Of a stretch of DNA of 64,000 bases, positions 49,577-59,146 are shown one piece after another; the first letter of the stretch is position 1, and every line of letters starts with the position of its first letter. The translations under genes and the position numbers were made by a program. This DNA comes from an uncultured Nitrososphaerota archaeon (GTDB lineage: Archaea > Thermoproteota > Nitrososphaeria > Conexivisphaerales > DTJL01): the NCBI GenBank assembly GCA_963842885.1, contig CAWJIE010000003.1, positions 448,001 through 512,000 on the forward strand, given 5' to 3'. Below the pieces are notes generated by a model. It was not told the origin of the DNA. It saw only the letters and a program-made list of their open reading frames with translations, and searched no databases.

Positions 49577-50450
49577 TTATGGTGCCTTGCGCTGCGTTCC
49601 AGGAATGTGGATATAGAACCGCTCTGCTATCAAACATGGGACGAGCGCGTAGATAGATCCGCCTATCAGGTCAATGAGGTAGTGCTGGCCCAGGTACAGC
49701 GTGGAGAACAGGATTCCCACTGTAATCGGAATGGCAAACAGCGCCAACCTTCTGTCCAGCTTGATCATGAAATATGAGAAGATGATCGCGTACGCTGCGT
49801 GCAGGCTTGGGAAGGCCGCGAACTTGTCGGCCTCGACGAGCGATTGGATCGATATGACTCCCCGCGGGAGCACAGATACGTATGCGCTCTGGTACAGGTT
49901 GGCCGCCACCCCTTGATACCACGGGGGCGCTGTCGCCACTAGGCATGAACGTGACGAGCGCAGCGTATGAAGTCAGCACCATAGCCGTCATGTATTTACC
50001 GAAGAGCGGCCTCTTCGCGTACCAGATTATGAGTGAGGTCGCGATGATGAGAGGAAAGTGCAGTGTGTAGAAGAACGCCGTAACCGCGGTCATGGCAGGA
50101 GACTTGAATGCTGTTTGTATCCATCCCGTCACGTCGAACCCCCAAATCATCTTGTCAACGTTGTAAATCGCGAAGATGCCTTTGGACGCCGCCAGGGAGC
50201 CTACAATCCCTTGGAGCGCTTCATATGAGAGGAGAATCGAGATGAAAGGAACCCAGTACTTCGCCATTCCTCTTGAAGAGCCAAGGAGGGCGATGATGGG
50301 CACCGCGGCCAGGAAGAAAAGCGTCGGGACTAGTCCTAGCAGCTCCCCGTATACCAGATAATAGGACAGGACGCCTACCGAGTACGCTAGCGGGAACAGA
50401 ATGTAGAGATTGCTACGCAGGTGGACGCGTCCAAGCGTGCGAACAAACAA
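49577..50450 (-). CDS. PAP2/AUR1-like membrane phosphotransferase or phosphatase, frameshift near 49942
   Basis: TM-rich N-part, then TAPPW, AAFPSLH and HYLID motifs in the second frame. Confidence 0.85.
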
Positions 50451-50597
50451 CCGTTTAGGAGGTTCTTGAATCTCCTTCTCTCCGACCTTCGTCTGTACCA
50501 GCTCCGTGCCTCTTGTTCAAAAGCCTCCTCCAACGCCACATATAAATTCATGCACCTGTCCCATGCCCGCTGCGTTCGTCAATGGGCAATGAGGCCT

Positions 50598-51920
50598 TCA
50601 TCCAACCGATTTCCTCTCTCGATGAGCCCTGACGAACTCCTCCGTGAGGGCCACGAACTTATCGACGTCCTCCCTGCTGTGGGCGAAAGAGATGGCCATG
50701 TGGGGGCTCTGCGGCGTCATGTAGGCCACGCCGTTCCTCACCATATGGTCAAAGAGACCCCTATGCAGAATCCCATCCTTCGTCCTGGAGGCCGATTCGC
50801 CATCCACCGGCATCTCCTTCGTGACATGGAGGCCGAACATCGAGCCCAAGCCGGTGACGTAGGCTTCGAAATGGTTCTCGCTGAAGACCTCGGCGATACC
50901 CTTCCTGGCCCGTTCGCCTAGGGAATCGATGAAGGGATATACCTCCTCCCTCCTCCTCTGGAGCTCGCTTATCACTGTGTGCCCAGCCCTCATGGTGAGC
51001 GCGTTGCCCGTGTAGGTCCCCCCGAGGAACGATCGCTCCCAGAACTTCGTCCTCTTCGTCTGGTCCAGCAGGTCCATGATTTCGGAGCTGCCGCAGAAAC
51101 CTCCAGCGCCGCCGAAGTACTGGCCTCCAACGGCCTTCCCCAAGGTCGTCAGGTCGGGCCTGACCCCGAAGTATCTCTGCAGGCCGCCCGGATGCCGGAA
51201 TCCCGTCACGACCTCGTCAAAGACCAGAAGGGAAGCCGTCCTGTCGCAGGTCTCCCTCAGGCCCTTTAGGAAGTCCGCCTGCGCAGGGATGGCCCCAGCC
51301 GACCCCAGCATCGGTTCCACGATGATGCAGGCCAGCTCCTTCCCCCTGACCGCCTTCGCGGCCCCTTCGAGGTCGTTGAAGGGAAGCAAGACTGTGTCTC
51401 CCATGCTTGGCAACCCGAGGGAGGCGGGCTTGTCGTATGGGTAGCTGACGGCCTTGTGCAGCTCGTCGGAGCCGCCGTGCCAGCCTCCGAATACCTTGCC
51501 CACCTTCCTCCTTTTCGTGTACGCCCTCGCCAGCCTCACGGCGTACATGTTGGCCTCGGTTCCGCTGTTGGCTGGCTTCACCTTCTCCGCGCCGAACCAC
51601 TTGCAGACCGACTCGGACCACTCCACCTCCCATTCGTTGCAGAAACCCATGTGAGCTCCATATTGCAGCTGATCTCGGACGGCCTCGACTACGGGCTCGT
51701 AGCCGTGGCCCAGTATGGCGGCGAAATGAGCCATCCAGAAGTCGATGTATTCGTTCCCGTCGACGTCCCAGACCCTGCTCCCTCTAGCCCGACGAATGTA
51801 GAACGGATAGGGTTCGAAGTACCGTATGGAGTACGTCGCTCCCCCGGGTATGTACCTGCGGGCCTTCTCGAACAGCGCCTTGGAGCCCGGCGTCCTCTCC
51901 TCGTAGCTCAAAGCCTTCAC
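50598..51920 (-). CDS. Class III PLP aminotransferase, glutamate-1-semialdehyde aminomutase-like
   Basis: WDVDGNEYID, NSGTEA, GGWHG, FDEVVTGFR, TLGKAVGG and GTYTGN. Confidence 0.9.
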   Translation of the reverse strand: MKALSYEERTPGSKALFEKARRYIPGGATYSIRYFEPYPFYIRRARGSRVWDVDGNEYIDFWMAHFAAILGHGYEPVVEAVRDQLQYGAHMGFCNEWEVEWSESVCKWFGAEKVKPANSGTEANMYAVRLARAYTKRRKVGKVFGGWHGGSDELHKAVSYPYDKPASLGLPSMGDTVLLPFNDLEGAAKAVRGKELACIIVEPMLGSAGAIPAQADFLKGLRETCDRTASLLVFDEVVTGFRHPGGLQRYFGVRPDLTTLGKAVGGQYFGGAGGFCGSSEIMDLLDQTKRTKFWERSFLGGTYTGNALTMRAGHTVISELQRRREEVYPFIDSLGERARKGIAEVFSENHFEAYVTGLGSMFGLHVTKEMPVDGESASRTKDGILHRGLFDHMVRNGVAYMTPQSPHMAISFAHSREDVDKFVALTEEFVRAHRERKSVG

Positions 51921-52055
51921 CTTAGGGGAGCTGGGAAGGCGTGAAGAGTTAAACTTTGCAAGAGAACGAACGGGCCGGAGGACTCCGTCGTCGACGAGGG
52001 AGGACGCCATTCTTGGTGCAACGTTTTTCCGTCACCTTCTCCCTCCGAAGAGTTC

Positions 52056-53066
52056 GTGAGATCCCAGGTCAACGCCATTTCCTTCGGGGTAGGGGCCATA
52101 GGCTCGATGGTGGCCAAGGCCATCTTGGAGAGGAAGGATTGGATTCGCATTGTAGGCGCCGTCGACGTAGACCCGAGGAAGGTCGGCAGGGACCTGGGGG
52201 AGACCGTGGGCCTGGGTAGGCCGGTGGGGGTGAGGATTTCAGGGGAGCTGGACGGAGCCCTGGAGGGCAGGAAGGCCGACATAGCCATCCACACCACCTC
52301 CAGCAGCTTAGGCAAGGTCTACCCGGAGATCGAGCAGCTTGTAAGAAGGGGGCTGGACGTGGTGTCCTCCTGCGAGGAGCTCTCCTTCCCCTACCTGTTG
52401 AACGAAGGGCTGGCAAAGAAGCTGGACGCTGTTGCGAAGGAGCACGGCGCCACGGTCCTGGGCACAGGCATCAACCCCGGCTTCCTCATGGACGCCCTGC
52501 CCTTGGTCCTGACCGCTCCCTGCGTCGAGGTCAGGCGCGTGAAGGTCGTCAGGAAGCTTGACGCGGGCTTGAGGAGGGTCCCCTTCCAGAAGAAGGTGGG
52601 AGCGGGCATGGCTCTGGAGGAGTTCAAAGAGGCGCTTCGAACTGGAAGGATCTCCGGCCATGTCGGGCTTGGGGAGTCCATCTCGATGATAGCCGCGGGC
52701 TTGGGGTGGAGGCTGGACGAGCTGCGGCTGGGCGATGTAGAGCCGGTATTGCTGGAGAGGGCCGTCAGGAGCGACGAAGTGGAGGTGCCCCTAGGCAAGG
52801 TGGCAGGGCTCAGGCAGGCGGCCCAGGGGATGATGGAAGGGGAGGCCGTGATCGAGCACGAATTCGTGGCTTATGTCGGAGCAGAGGAGGAGTTCGACCT
52901 CGTGGAGGTGGACGGGTTGCCTAGCGTCCGTTCGAAGATAACCCCCTGCGTGCACGGCGATTATGGGACGGTCGCGATGCTCATCAACATGATACCGAGG
53001 GTTCTGGAGGCGAAACCTGGGCTGTGCACGATGAAGGACCTGCCCCTCCCTTCAGCTGCGCTCTGA
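52056..53066 (+). CDS. NAD(P)-dependent amine dehydrogenase, 2,4-diaminopentanoate dehydrogenase/DapB-like family
   Basis: GVGAIG, VVSSCEEL, GTGINPGFLMD, GHVGL.ES and HGDYGT. Confidence 0.85.
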   Translation: MRSQVNAISFGVGAIGSMVAKAILERKDWIRIVGAVDVDPRKVGRDLGETVGLGRPVGVRISGELDGALEGRKADIAIHTTSSSLGKVYPEIEQLVRRGLDVVSSCEELSFPYLLNEGLAKKLDAVAKEHGATVLGTGINPGFLMDALPLVLTAPCVEVRRVKVVRKLDAGLRRVPFQKKVGAGMALEEFKEALRTGRISGHVGLGESISMIAAGLGWRLDELRLGDVEPVLLERAVRSDEVEVPLGKVAGLRQAAQGMMEGEAVIEHEFVAYVGAEEEFDLVEVDGLPSVRSKITPCVHGDYGTVAMLINMIPRVLEAKPGLCTMKDLPLPSAAL

Positions 53067-53106
53067 TTGAAGACCGTCACCGGGAGGCTCAGGGAGGAAG
53101 GCGGGT

Positions 53107-53196
53107 GAATACGACGACCAGGAGAAGGTCATCCTGGAGACGACCGAGTATGTCTCCGCCCGCTGCCGGGGGGTGACAAAGTACGTCATCTTCTTC
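53107..53196 (+). repeat. Degenerate ~90-bp dispersed repeat (family A), also at 38267-38356
   Basis: Both copies read GAATACGAC...ATCCT.GA.ACG...GAGTA.GT...GGGGG.TGAC...GTACGTCATCTTCT with the same span. Confidence 0.8.
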
Positions 53197-53250
53197 AGTT
53201 GCCTCGTGACCCGGTCGGAGTTCCCTCCGTTCCCCAGTTCCTTGGAGGCC
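53190..53250 (-). repeat. Dispersed hairpin-core repeat (family B), copy 1
   Basis: Core CCGGTCGGAGTTCCCTCCGTTCCCCAG (plus strand) recurs at ~57305 and ~63538. Confidence 0.9.
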
Positions 53251-53403
53251 TCGCTCTTGGACAGCCGGTCGGCCCTCTCCTCTCTTACCTTCCGAAAGAA
53301 TCCATCTGACTAACCGGGGCTCAACCCTCTAGCCTTCGCTCTCAGGATACTCGAATCCTTCATGGCTGAGGAACATGAAGTTGCGGTAGACCTGGTAGTT
53401 CTT

Positions 53404-53964
53404 TCAGAGATTGGCTGGATGCAAACGCTTGTTGCCGTATTGTTCGTAGTGTGTCATATCTCTAAGCCACTTCCGCTTGCCTTCAACGCTGTATGCCGGG
53501 ACGCCGATAGGTAGGAATGCGACTACCCGGGTCCCCGACGGGATCTGCAGGACGTCCCTCACCCTTTCCTCCACAGACCCTTTTGTGTTACGCAAGTCAA
53601 ATATCCCCAGCCAGTAAGAGGCCAGGCCTAAACTGTGCGCCGCCAGGGCCATGTTCTGCGTCGCCACGGCACCGTCCTCGATGAAATGGAGGGGGTCTCT
53701 AGTCGGGTTGACGCAGGTGACGATGATCACCGAGGCTCCTTCAACGCCGCTGTTCCCCCATATGTCCTTCGTGATGTCGCAAATGCCTTGCTTTGCGGGG
53801 TCGTCCTTCACCACGACGAACTCCCAAGGCTGGGTATTCGTCCATGACGGAGCCCAGCGACCGGCCTCCAAGATGGCCCGAATCTTTTCGTCTTCCACCG
53901 GTCCAGGCTTGAACCTGTAGACGCTTCTCCTCTCCCTTATCGCCTTCAGTACTTCGTTGTCCAC
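53404..53964 (-). CDS. Nitroreductase family protein
   Basis: RRSVYRF, WAPSWTNTQPW and QNMALAAHSLGLASYW. Confidence 0.92.
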   Translation of the reverse strand: MDNEVLKAIRERRSVYRFKPGPVEDEKIRAILEAGRWAPSWTNTQPWEFVVVKDDPAKQGICDITKDIWGNSGVEGASVIIVTCVNPTRDPLHFIEDGAVATQNMALAAHSLGLASYWLGIFDLRNTKGSVEERVRDVLQIPSGTRVVAFLPIGVPAYSVEGKRKWLRDMTHYEQYGNKRLHPANL

Positions 53965-53981
53965 TCTCTCCCGCTTCCTTC

Positions 53982-54122
53982 CTAACAGATGCGATTCTGC
54001 TCTGTGTCCGAGGGGCTGGCTATCAGGGAGCCACCCACCCTGACCAACTCTAGATTACCCTTTGCGAACTTCCTTGTTTCGTCGGCCTTGTTCAGGTTCT
54101 TGACTTCCATCTTCGTTTTCAT
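53982..54122 (-). pseudogene. N-terminal remnant of a cupin-like protein
   Basis: MKTKMEVKNLNKADETRKFAKGNLELVRVGG resembles from memory the start of small cupins (K.F..PDE.R.F.KG..ELV..GG), then terminates early. Confidence 0.5.
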
Positions 54123-55023
54123 GCTCTTCGCTTCATCTTTGAGCAGAGGATAAAAGACTTCTGGAGATTACTAGCCCTCGTCTAGGAATCTGAGGGAGGC
54201 TCCTTCACCAAAGATCCCCGCTCCGATTTCATCAGGGATCATCCTCTTTCTCTTGAGCCTGTCACAGAGGACGTCGGGACAAGGATGGGAGGAAAAGCTT
54301 TTACGTTCGTCCGATGATTGACTTCATCGAGCGGGCGCAGTGGAGATGGCGTTTACTAACGTTATAGTCGATTCGAGTATTCTTGCGTCGGGGGGCGAGC
54401 CTAGGCAGGCCAACATCAGCGATGATCAGTGGCAAGCCTTGAAAGGCACGGCGAGTTCGGGAGGCTGGGTGTGGTCCTACCAGAGCAAGAGAGTTGATGA
54501 CATCAGTGTGAGGGATATATTGGGGGCGACGACCCTTCTTGCCATCGACATCGCATTAGCCGCAGTGGCCACCATCCTAGTTTTCTATATACCAGGCTAG
54601 GGCTTGTCAGCCCTCCTCCGCCTTTTCCTATTTCCCCTATTCACTGATTGGTGATGAAACGCTTACCATCCTACTTCGCTAGCAAATGCCTAGTTTCGGC
54701 TGACCAGTATTACGAAGCACTCACCGAGATTTCTCGACAACCGCTAAATATCCGGGCACGCTCTGAAGCTCCGTTATGTGCTGCGGCAACAGCCGAGAGA
54801 TGTATGAAGACATGCGCAAATGGCAACTTGAACAGGAAAGGTTAGCAAAGCTCGCTAGGCAAAAGAGGATAGTGGAGGCACCCGCCATGACCGTACGAAC
54901 CTCGGTGCCCAAGAACCAGGGCAGCTGCCGCACCCGTCAGTCTAAGGAATCTTCAATCCTCTTCGCTCACGGAACCTCCTGATTTGACCGAAATGCGGCT
55001 ATCACCTTCGCATCGTTCGTAAA

Positions 55024-55077
55024 GGGTAAACACTATAGCTTAACAAAGTTTATAAGGGGTAAACACTATAGCTTAAC
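55024..55077. repeat. Perfect 21-bp direct repeat flanking a TTTATA box
   Basis: GGGTAAACACTATAGCTTAAC at 55024-55044 and 55057-55077, with spacer AAAGTTTATAAG. Confidence 0.9.
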
Positions 55078-55372
55078 CAAGGCCTGATGCGGGCGACGCG
55101 AGCTACAATCGCCCTTCAGGGTCGTCTTCTTCGCCAAGGGGAGGAGGCGCACTCTCCTTCTCCCCAACATTCAATGCCATCGTCAAGGCTCAGGAGGATG
55201 GGGCCTAAACGGAGCAAGCTTGATGAGGGGCCCTGGATAGAGGTCGCAGCTGGCCTGCTCCCCCGCATTCCATGCGTCCACCATTGCGCCCGTCACAAGC
55301 AGAAGATGGTGAGTAATATGAATCCAGAGCTGAAGAAAGAGACTTCTGGGTGGACCTCATGGTTGATGACGA

Positions 55373-55609
55373 CTAAAGAAATTGGGACAAATAGTCTAGC
55401 GCCGCTTTGGCGCCGGAGATTTGAACCCTTTGAGTCCAATAGACCAATGTTTTGCTCTCTTGCTGCGTCGCTACTATCGCTTGATCGACAATGTTTATGT
55501 CTTCTAAAATCAGCTTGGCAAACTCTCTCGGTGTGGACGAAATTCCGTGCTTGCGGAGCGTTGCTTCTAACGCTTGGATTAACATTGGGTCTGGTGTGAC
55601 AGCGCTCAA
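55373..55609 (-). CDS. Small helical hypothetical protein
   Basis: 78-aa ORF with amphipathic pattern in a lower-GC patch. Confidence 0.45.
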   Translation of the reverse strand: MSAVTPDPMLIQALEATLRKHGISSTPREFAKLILEDINIVDQAIVATQQESKTLVYWTQRVQISGAKAALDYLSQFL

Positions 55610-55773
55610 ACCTATTCTCTACAGCAGTCTAATAGGGGAGGTGATATATGGCTTGCCATCTCATGGTTCTTCTGTTCTTGGGTATTCGGACATCCAATTG
55701 AGTGTTGGTAACCCTCTCGGCACCTTTCTCTTTCCTCTGGCGCGGGCACTCCTCCGGATTCTAGGAGTTCAAT

Positions 55774-55805
55774 TGGTAGCCCGGGAAGGTATCGAACTCT
55801 CGTCC
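55774..55805 (-). other. Degenerate tRNA 3'-end fragment (possible att-site scar)
   Basis: Minus strand GGACGAGAG-TTCGATA-CCTTC-CCGGGCT-A-CCA: T-loop, imperfect T-stem, acceptor 3' strand and CCA; no 5' half. Confidence 0.55.
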
Positions 55806-55809
55806 AGCG

Positions 55810-56592
55810 TTGAATGCACATCGGCCTGAAATAACTCCCCCGGATGCAGACGGCCCATCACTAAAACATATTAGCCCACTCAAGCCCCCTTCTATGGAGA
55901 CGATAGCCATGGCACAGGAGACTGATAGAGGGGAACAAGTTAGGTCGGCGCTCAAGGCATCGTTGTGGGTGACAGCCTACAACAATTACATCTTGTCAAT
56001 GAACGATTCGGTTCCCCTCCTTGAGATGTGTGTCAAATCAGTGAACAAATTTGCCGCCGCGTTCGACCCTCTCCTTCAAACTTTGAGCAATCTTCCCCCA
56101 GAAGGAAGGAAGGCAACATTGGATAGCCTCAAAGGCGTTATCAGGACCATCCTGTTAATCTCCTTGGATGGTTACACTCACATGCTTGGAAGATTGATGG
56201 GCTTCCTAATAGAGAGCCTGTCGGAAGAGGTGAAGGCTCTCAACGCCCTTGGCGTCCCGACACCCGACGAAGTGAAGACCCTTGCCAACATGAAGATAGA
56301 GGTGGCTTCGCTCATGTCCAAGGCCAGTGAGCTGAGCGCCCGTGTAATCACTTCCACCGATTTGACACACGAGATCAAAGACGTCACAGGTTTCAGCATA
56401 AGAATGGGCGTGTTGCTGAATGGAGAAAGCGCCCTAAGGGGGAGGCTCAAGGCAAAGGCATACCAAGTCAAAGAGATTGTTCCCGCCATGCTCCAGGGAA
56501 TGAGCGCGGACGAGCTGTCCAGACTGACCTTCGGAATCCTTCTTCCGCAGCCTGAGAGCCGGTCAAGCCCAGCCAATCAGGGGACAGTTTGA
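55810..56592 (+). CDS. Hypothetical helical protein (start uncertain, 55810-55909)
   Basis: 260-codon ORF with helical composition and atypical codon usage. Confidence 0.7.
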   Translation: MNAHRPEITPPDADGPSLKHISPLKPPSMETIAMAQETDRGEQVRSALKASLWVTAYNNYILSMNDSVPLLEMCVKSVNKFAAAFDPLLQTLSNLPPEGRKATLDSLKGVIRTILLISLDGYTHMLGRLMGFLIESLSEEVKALNALGVPTPDEVKTLANMKIEVASLMSKASELSARVITSTDLTHEIKDVTGFSIRMGVLLNGESALRGRLKAKAYQVKEIVPAMLQGMSADELSRLTFGILLPQPESRSSPANQGTV

Positions 56593-56773
56593 ATACTGAC
56601 TAGGCGGAGAGGACGCTGTTTGGGCGCTGGCCTTGAGAGAGCAGGTCGTTAGAGAGGTTCCTCTTAACAAGGAGCTCACCAGGAAGGAGGTAGGTCTCGT
56701 GAACCCGAGTCTGACGGCGTCTCCTGGAGAATAGGCAGCAAAGCAAAAATCCACCCAGCCGAATCATCGGGCC

Positions 56774-57172
56774 GTGTTATCCGGAGAAGAGGTCGCATAT
56801 CTGAAGACCCAACGCCTTGCGAGGATTGCCACCGTATCGCCGAAGGGCCAGCCTGAAGTTTCACCCGTGGCCTTTGAGTTTGACGGCACGTATTTCTGGA
56901 TTGGGAGCCACGACCAGTCCTTCTTCTTCAAGAATCAGCGATACAGGAACATCACTAGAGGGAACGCTAAGGTCGCGCTTGTAGTAGACGACCTGGAGTC
57001 GATAGACCCTTGGAGGCCGCGAGGAATCAAAGTTCTGGGAACGGCGGAGAAGCAGGAGCATGATGGCATCTTCGGAAAGGGAAGCTACTTCCGTATCTCC
57101 CCGAGGATCTCCGTCAGCTGGGGAATAGAGAAATCCAAGGATGGACCGCGGCGTTCACGGAAGGTCCACTGA
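56774..57172 (+). CDS. PPOX-class (split beta-barrel) flavin/F420-binding oxidoreductase
   Basis: LARIATVSPKGQPEVSPVAF, YRNI...KVALVVDD and WRPRGIKV.G.AE. Confidence 0.88.
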   Translation: MLSGEEVAYLKTQRLARIATVSPKGQPEVSPVAFEFDGTYFWIGSHDQSFFFKNQRYRNITRGNAKVALVVDDLESIDPWRPRGIKVLGTAEKQEHDGIFGKGSYFRISPRISVSWGIEKSKDGPRRSRKVH

Positions 57173-57283
57173 AGTGTTGATGCCTGATTCGCAGTTGCCG
57201 CCGTTACATCTTGCGGTAGACCCCTGGTGGCATCGTAGACACTTGTAACGCGGTCAGGTGCCCCTGTCCTTGGGGTCCAAGGC

Positions 57284-57343
57284 CTTCCTGAGCTGTCTTC
57301 GTATCCGGTCGGAGTTCCCTCCGTTCCCCAGCCCCTGGCGGCC
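57284..57343 (-). repeat. Family B repeat, copy 2 (abuts the herA stop)
   Basis: CCGGTCGGAGTTCCCTCCGTTCCCCAG is identical to the copy 1 core. Confidence 0.9.
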
Positions 57344-59146
57344 TCACCCCAAGTATCGTTCGAGAACCTCTTCGTTGTTCTCTGCATGGAAGAAGACGGG
57401 TATGTTCTGAGTGGCCGTCGCCTTGAAGCTGGTGAGCAGCCAGTCCCCGTTCTGAAAGGCTAGCGTCCTCTCCATGAATGCGTCGTCTATCGCAAAGGTG
57501 TCCGAGATGAGCTGCCTGTCGTAGGGCCTGGGCATGGTCGACACGAAGTAGCTGTGCAGCTGCTGGAGGGCGTTCGTGTTGAGGTTCGCCACCCTCTGAG
57601 TGCTAATCCAGCCGTGGAGGTGGTACTTCCTCCCGTGCCTGAGCAGCCTCTCGACGGCCCTGCTGGCCTGCTCGGTGCCGTCCTCCTTCCTGGTCTCCCT
57701 GGGCATGAACTCCTGGGCCTCGTCCATCACGAAGAGCACGCGAGGCGTTAGCGTGAAGCTCCTCTTCCTCTTCCTGAACACCTTCCCTATGACGGCGGCA
57801 GTCTGTAGCCTGGCGTCTTCAGCTTCGGGCAGGTTCACGACGAAGATCTTGGGGGAGTCCTTGTCCGTTGAGAGTATCTCCTCCACCACGTTGTCCCAGG
57901 TGTATGCCTCTCCCTCCTCCTTCTTCGTCTCGGCCAGCATGCCGACGACCGTCGTGAGCGCGTCGAAGACCTTCTTCAGCGTGGCGCGGTCCTCGAGCTT
58001 GTCGGTGATATCCTTCAGGCCGTCCAGGAGCTCCTTCGTCTTCACGTCGAAGGTCGAATCCGTCGTAAGGCCGTTGTCCTTGACGAAGCGGTCTATCCTG
58101 TCTATGATCACGGGGACGTAGAGCTTGGTGTTGACGGCCCCGTACTTGTCGTTCAGAGTGTTCGACAGGACCTCCACCAGGCCGCCGTATGTGCTGAACC
58201 TGAGGATCCCTTCCTCCCCCACGATAGGGAGCTCGACCGTCTTAACCTTCCCCTCCTTGAAGAGCCTCTCGACCTTCTCCTCGAGCTTCTTCGTCTTCTC
58301 CGTCAGCGACTCGGGGAGGGCATGATGCTTGACGTAGTCCTCCGCCTCCTTCCCCGTCTCGAAAGGCTCTGTGAATATGACCCTGCTGGGGTTTCCGTCC
58401 AAAACGTCGAGGAGGTGCACGCCGTACTCCGACGAAACGTCAAAGATGACGACCTTCAGGTCTGGGACGACCTTGAGCGCCTTACGCACAATCATGGCGG
58501 TCATGTTGGACTTGCCCGAGCCGGTGAAGGCGAAGACGCCCACGTGGTAGTGTAACAGCTTTTCGACGTCGACCGTCAAGGCCAGCTCCTGGTCGGTGAC
58601 TCCGAGGAGGTTCCCGAAGGTGTGGTCTTCGATGCCGGCCTTCGGCGAGTAGCACAGCAGCTTCTGTATGGCGTCCTTGCTCAGGAGACGCACGGCGCTG
58701 CCGGTGAGTGGAGCCGACTGCCTCTTCTCGAAGGAAGGGCCGTCCGTCCCCACCTTCATGGTGTAGTTGGTGGGGGCGCCGACTACCTCGATCCAAGTGC
58801 TCTTGGAGCCCTTCTCCCACTCCTTCTGAATCATCTCCATGAACTCCTTCCTTATGGCCGCCGGCTGGGACGTGTCCAGGGTCAGCATTGAGTAGTGCAT
58901 CGGGTAGACGTCGGCGATTTCGTAGATAGAGAAGGCGTCGTTCACCCCGATGGCCTGGACGTTGGGGATGGCCAGCAGCTGCCCCGCCGCCAACCTCTTG
59001 ATGACCCCGGGTGTGTAGGCGCACTCAATCCTGGCCGTCCTGAAGGTGATGGAGCTCCCGTCCACCGTGGTCCTAGTGTTGGACTTGATCTCTCTCAGCT
59101 GGGCCTTGAACTCGCCGCCCAAATCGTCAAAGACCTGTAGGCTCAT
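57344..59146 (-). CDS. herA: HerA-family ATPase/helicase
   Basis: N-terminal HAS-barrel-like region, HVGVFAFTGSGKSN, IFDVSSEY, VMDEAQEF, LRHGRKY and STQR. Confidence 0.92.
   Translation of the reverse strand: MSLQVFDDLGGEFKAQLREIKSNTRTTVDGSSITFRTARIECAYTPGVIKRLAAGQLLAIPNVQAIGVNDAFSIYEIADVYPMHYSMLTLDTSQPAAIRKEFMEMIQKEWEKGSKSTWIEVVGAPTNYTMKVGTDGPSFEKRQSAPLTGSAVRLLSKDAIQKLLCYSPKAGIEDHTFGNLLGVTDQELALTVDVEKLLHYHVGVFAFTGSGKSNMTAMIVRKALKVVPDLKVVIFDVSSEYGVHLLDVLDGNPSRVIFTEPFETGKEAEDYVKHHALPESLTEKTKKLEEKVERLFKEGKVKTVELPIVGEEGILRFSTYGGLVEVLSNTLNDKYGAVNTKLYVPVIIDRIDRFVKDNGLTTDSTFDVKTKELLDGLKDITDKLEDRATLKKVFDALTTVVGMLAETKKEEGEAYTWDNVVEEILSTDKDSPKIFVVNLPEAEDARLQTAAVIGKVFRKRKRSFTLTPRVLFVMDEAQEFMPRETRKEDGTEQASRAVERLLRHGRKYHLHGWISTQRVANLNTNALQQLHSYFVSTMPRPYDRQLISDTFAIDDAFMERTLAFQNGDWLLTSFKATATQNIPVFFHAENNEEVLERYLG

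Noticed and set aside
55024-55077. Mini CRISPR array
   Set aside because: Only two repeats with a 12-bp spacer, and no cas genes.
55774-55805. Functional tRNA gene
   Set aside because: No D-arm, anticodon arm or 5' acceptor strand, and the T-stem is mismatched.
57300-57335. Family B as a group II intron domain VI remnant
   Set aside because: No domain V precedes it, no reverse transcriptase is present, and two copies lack the AY end.
57300-57346. Family B hairpin as a SECIS element (GAA/A internal loop, directly after the herA TGA with an open frame beyond)
   Set aside because: No gene here has an in-frame TGA at a conserved Cys position, HerA is complete at the stop, no Sec machinery is visible, and the other copies lack this context.
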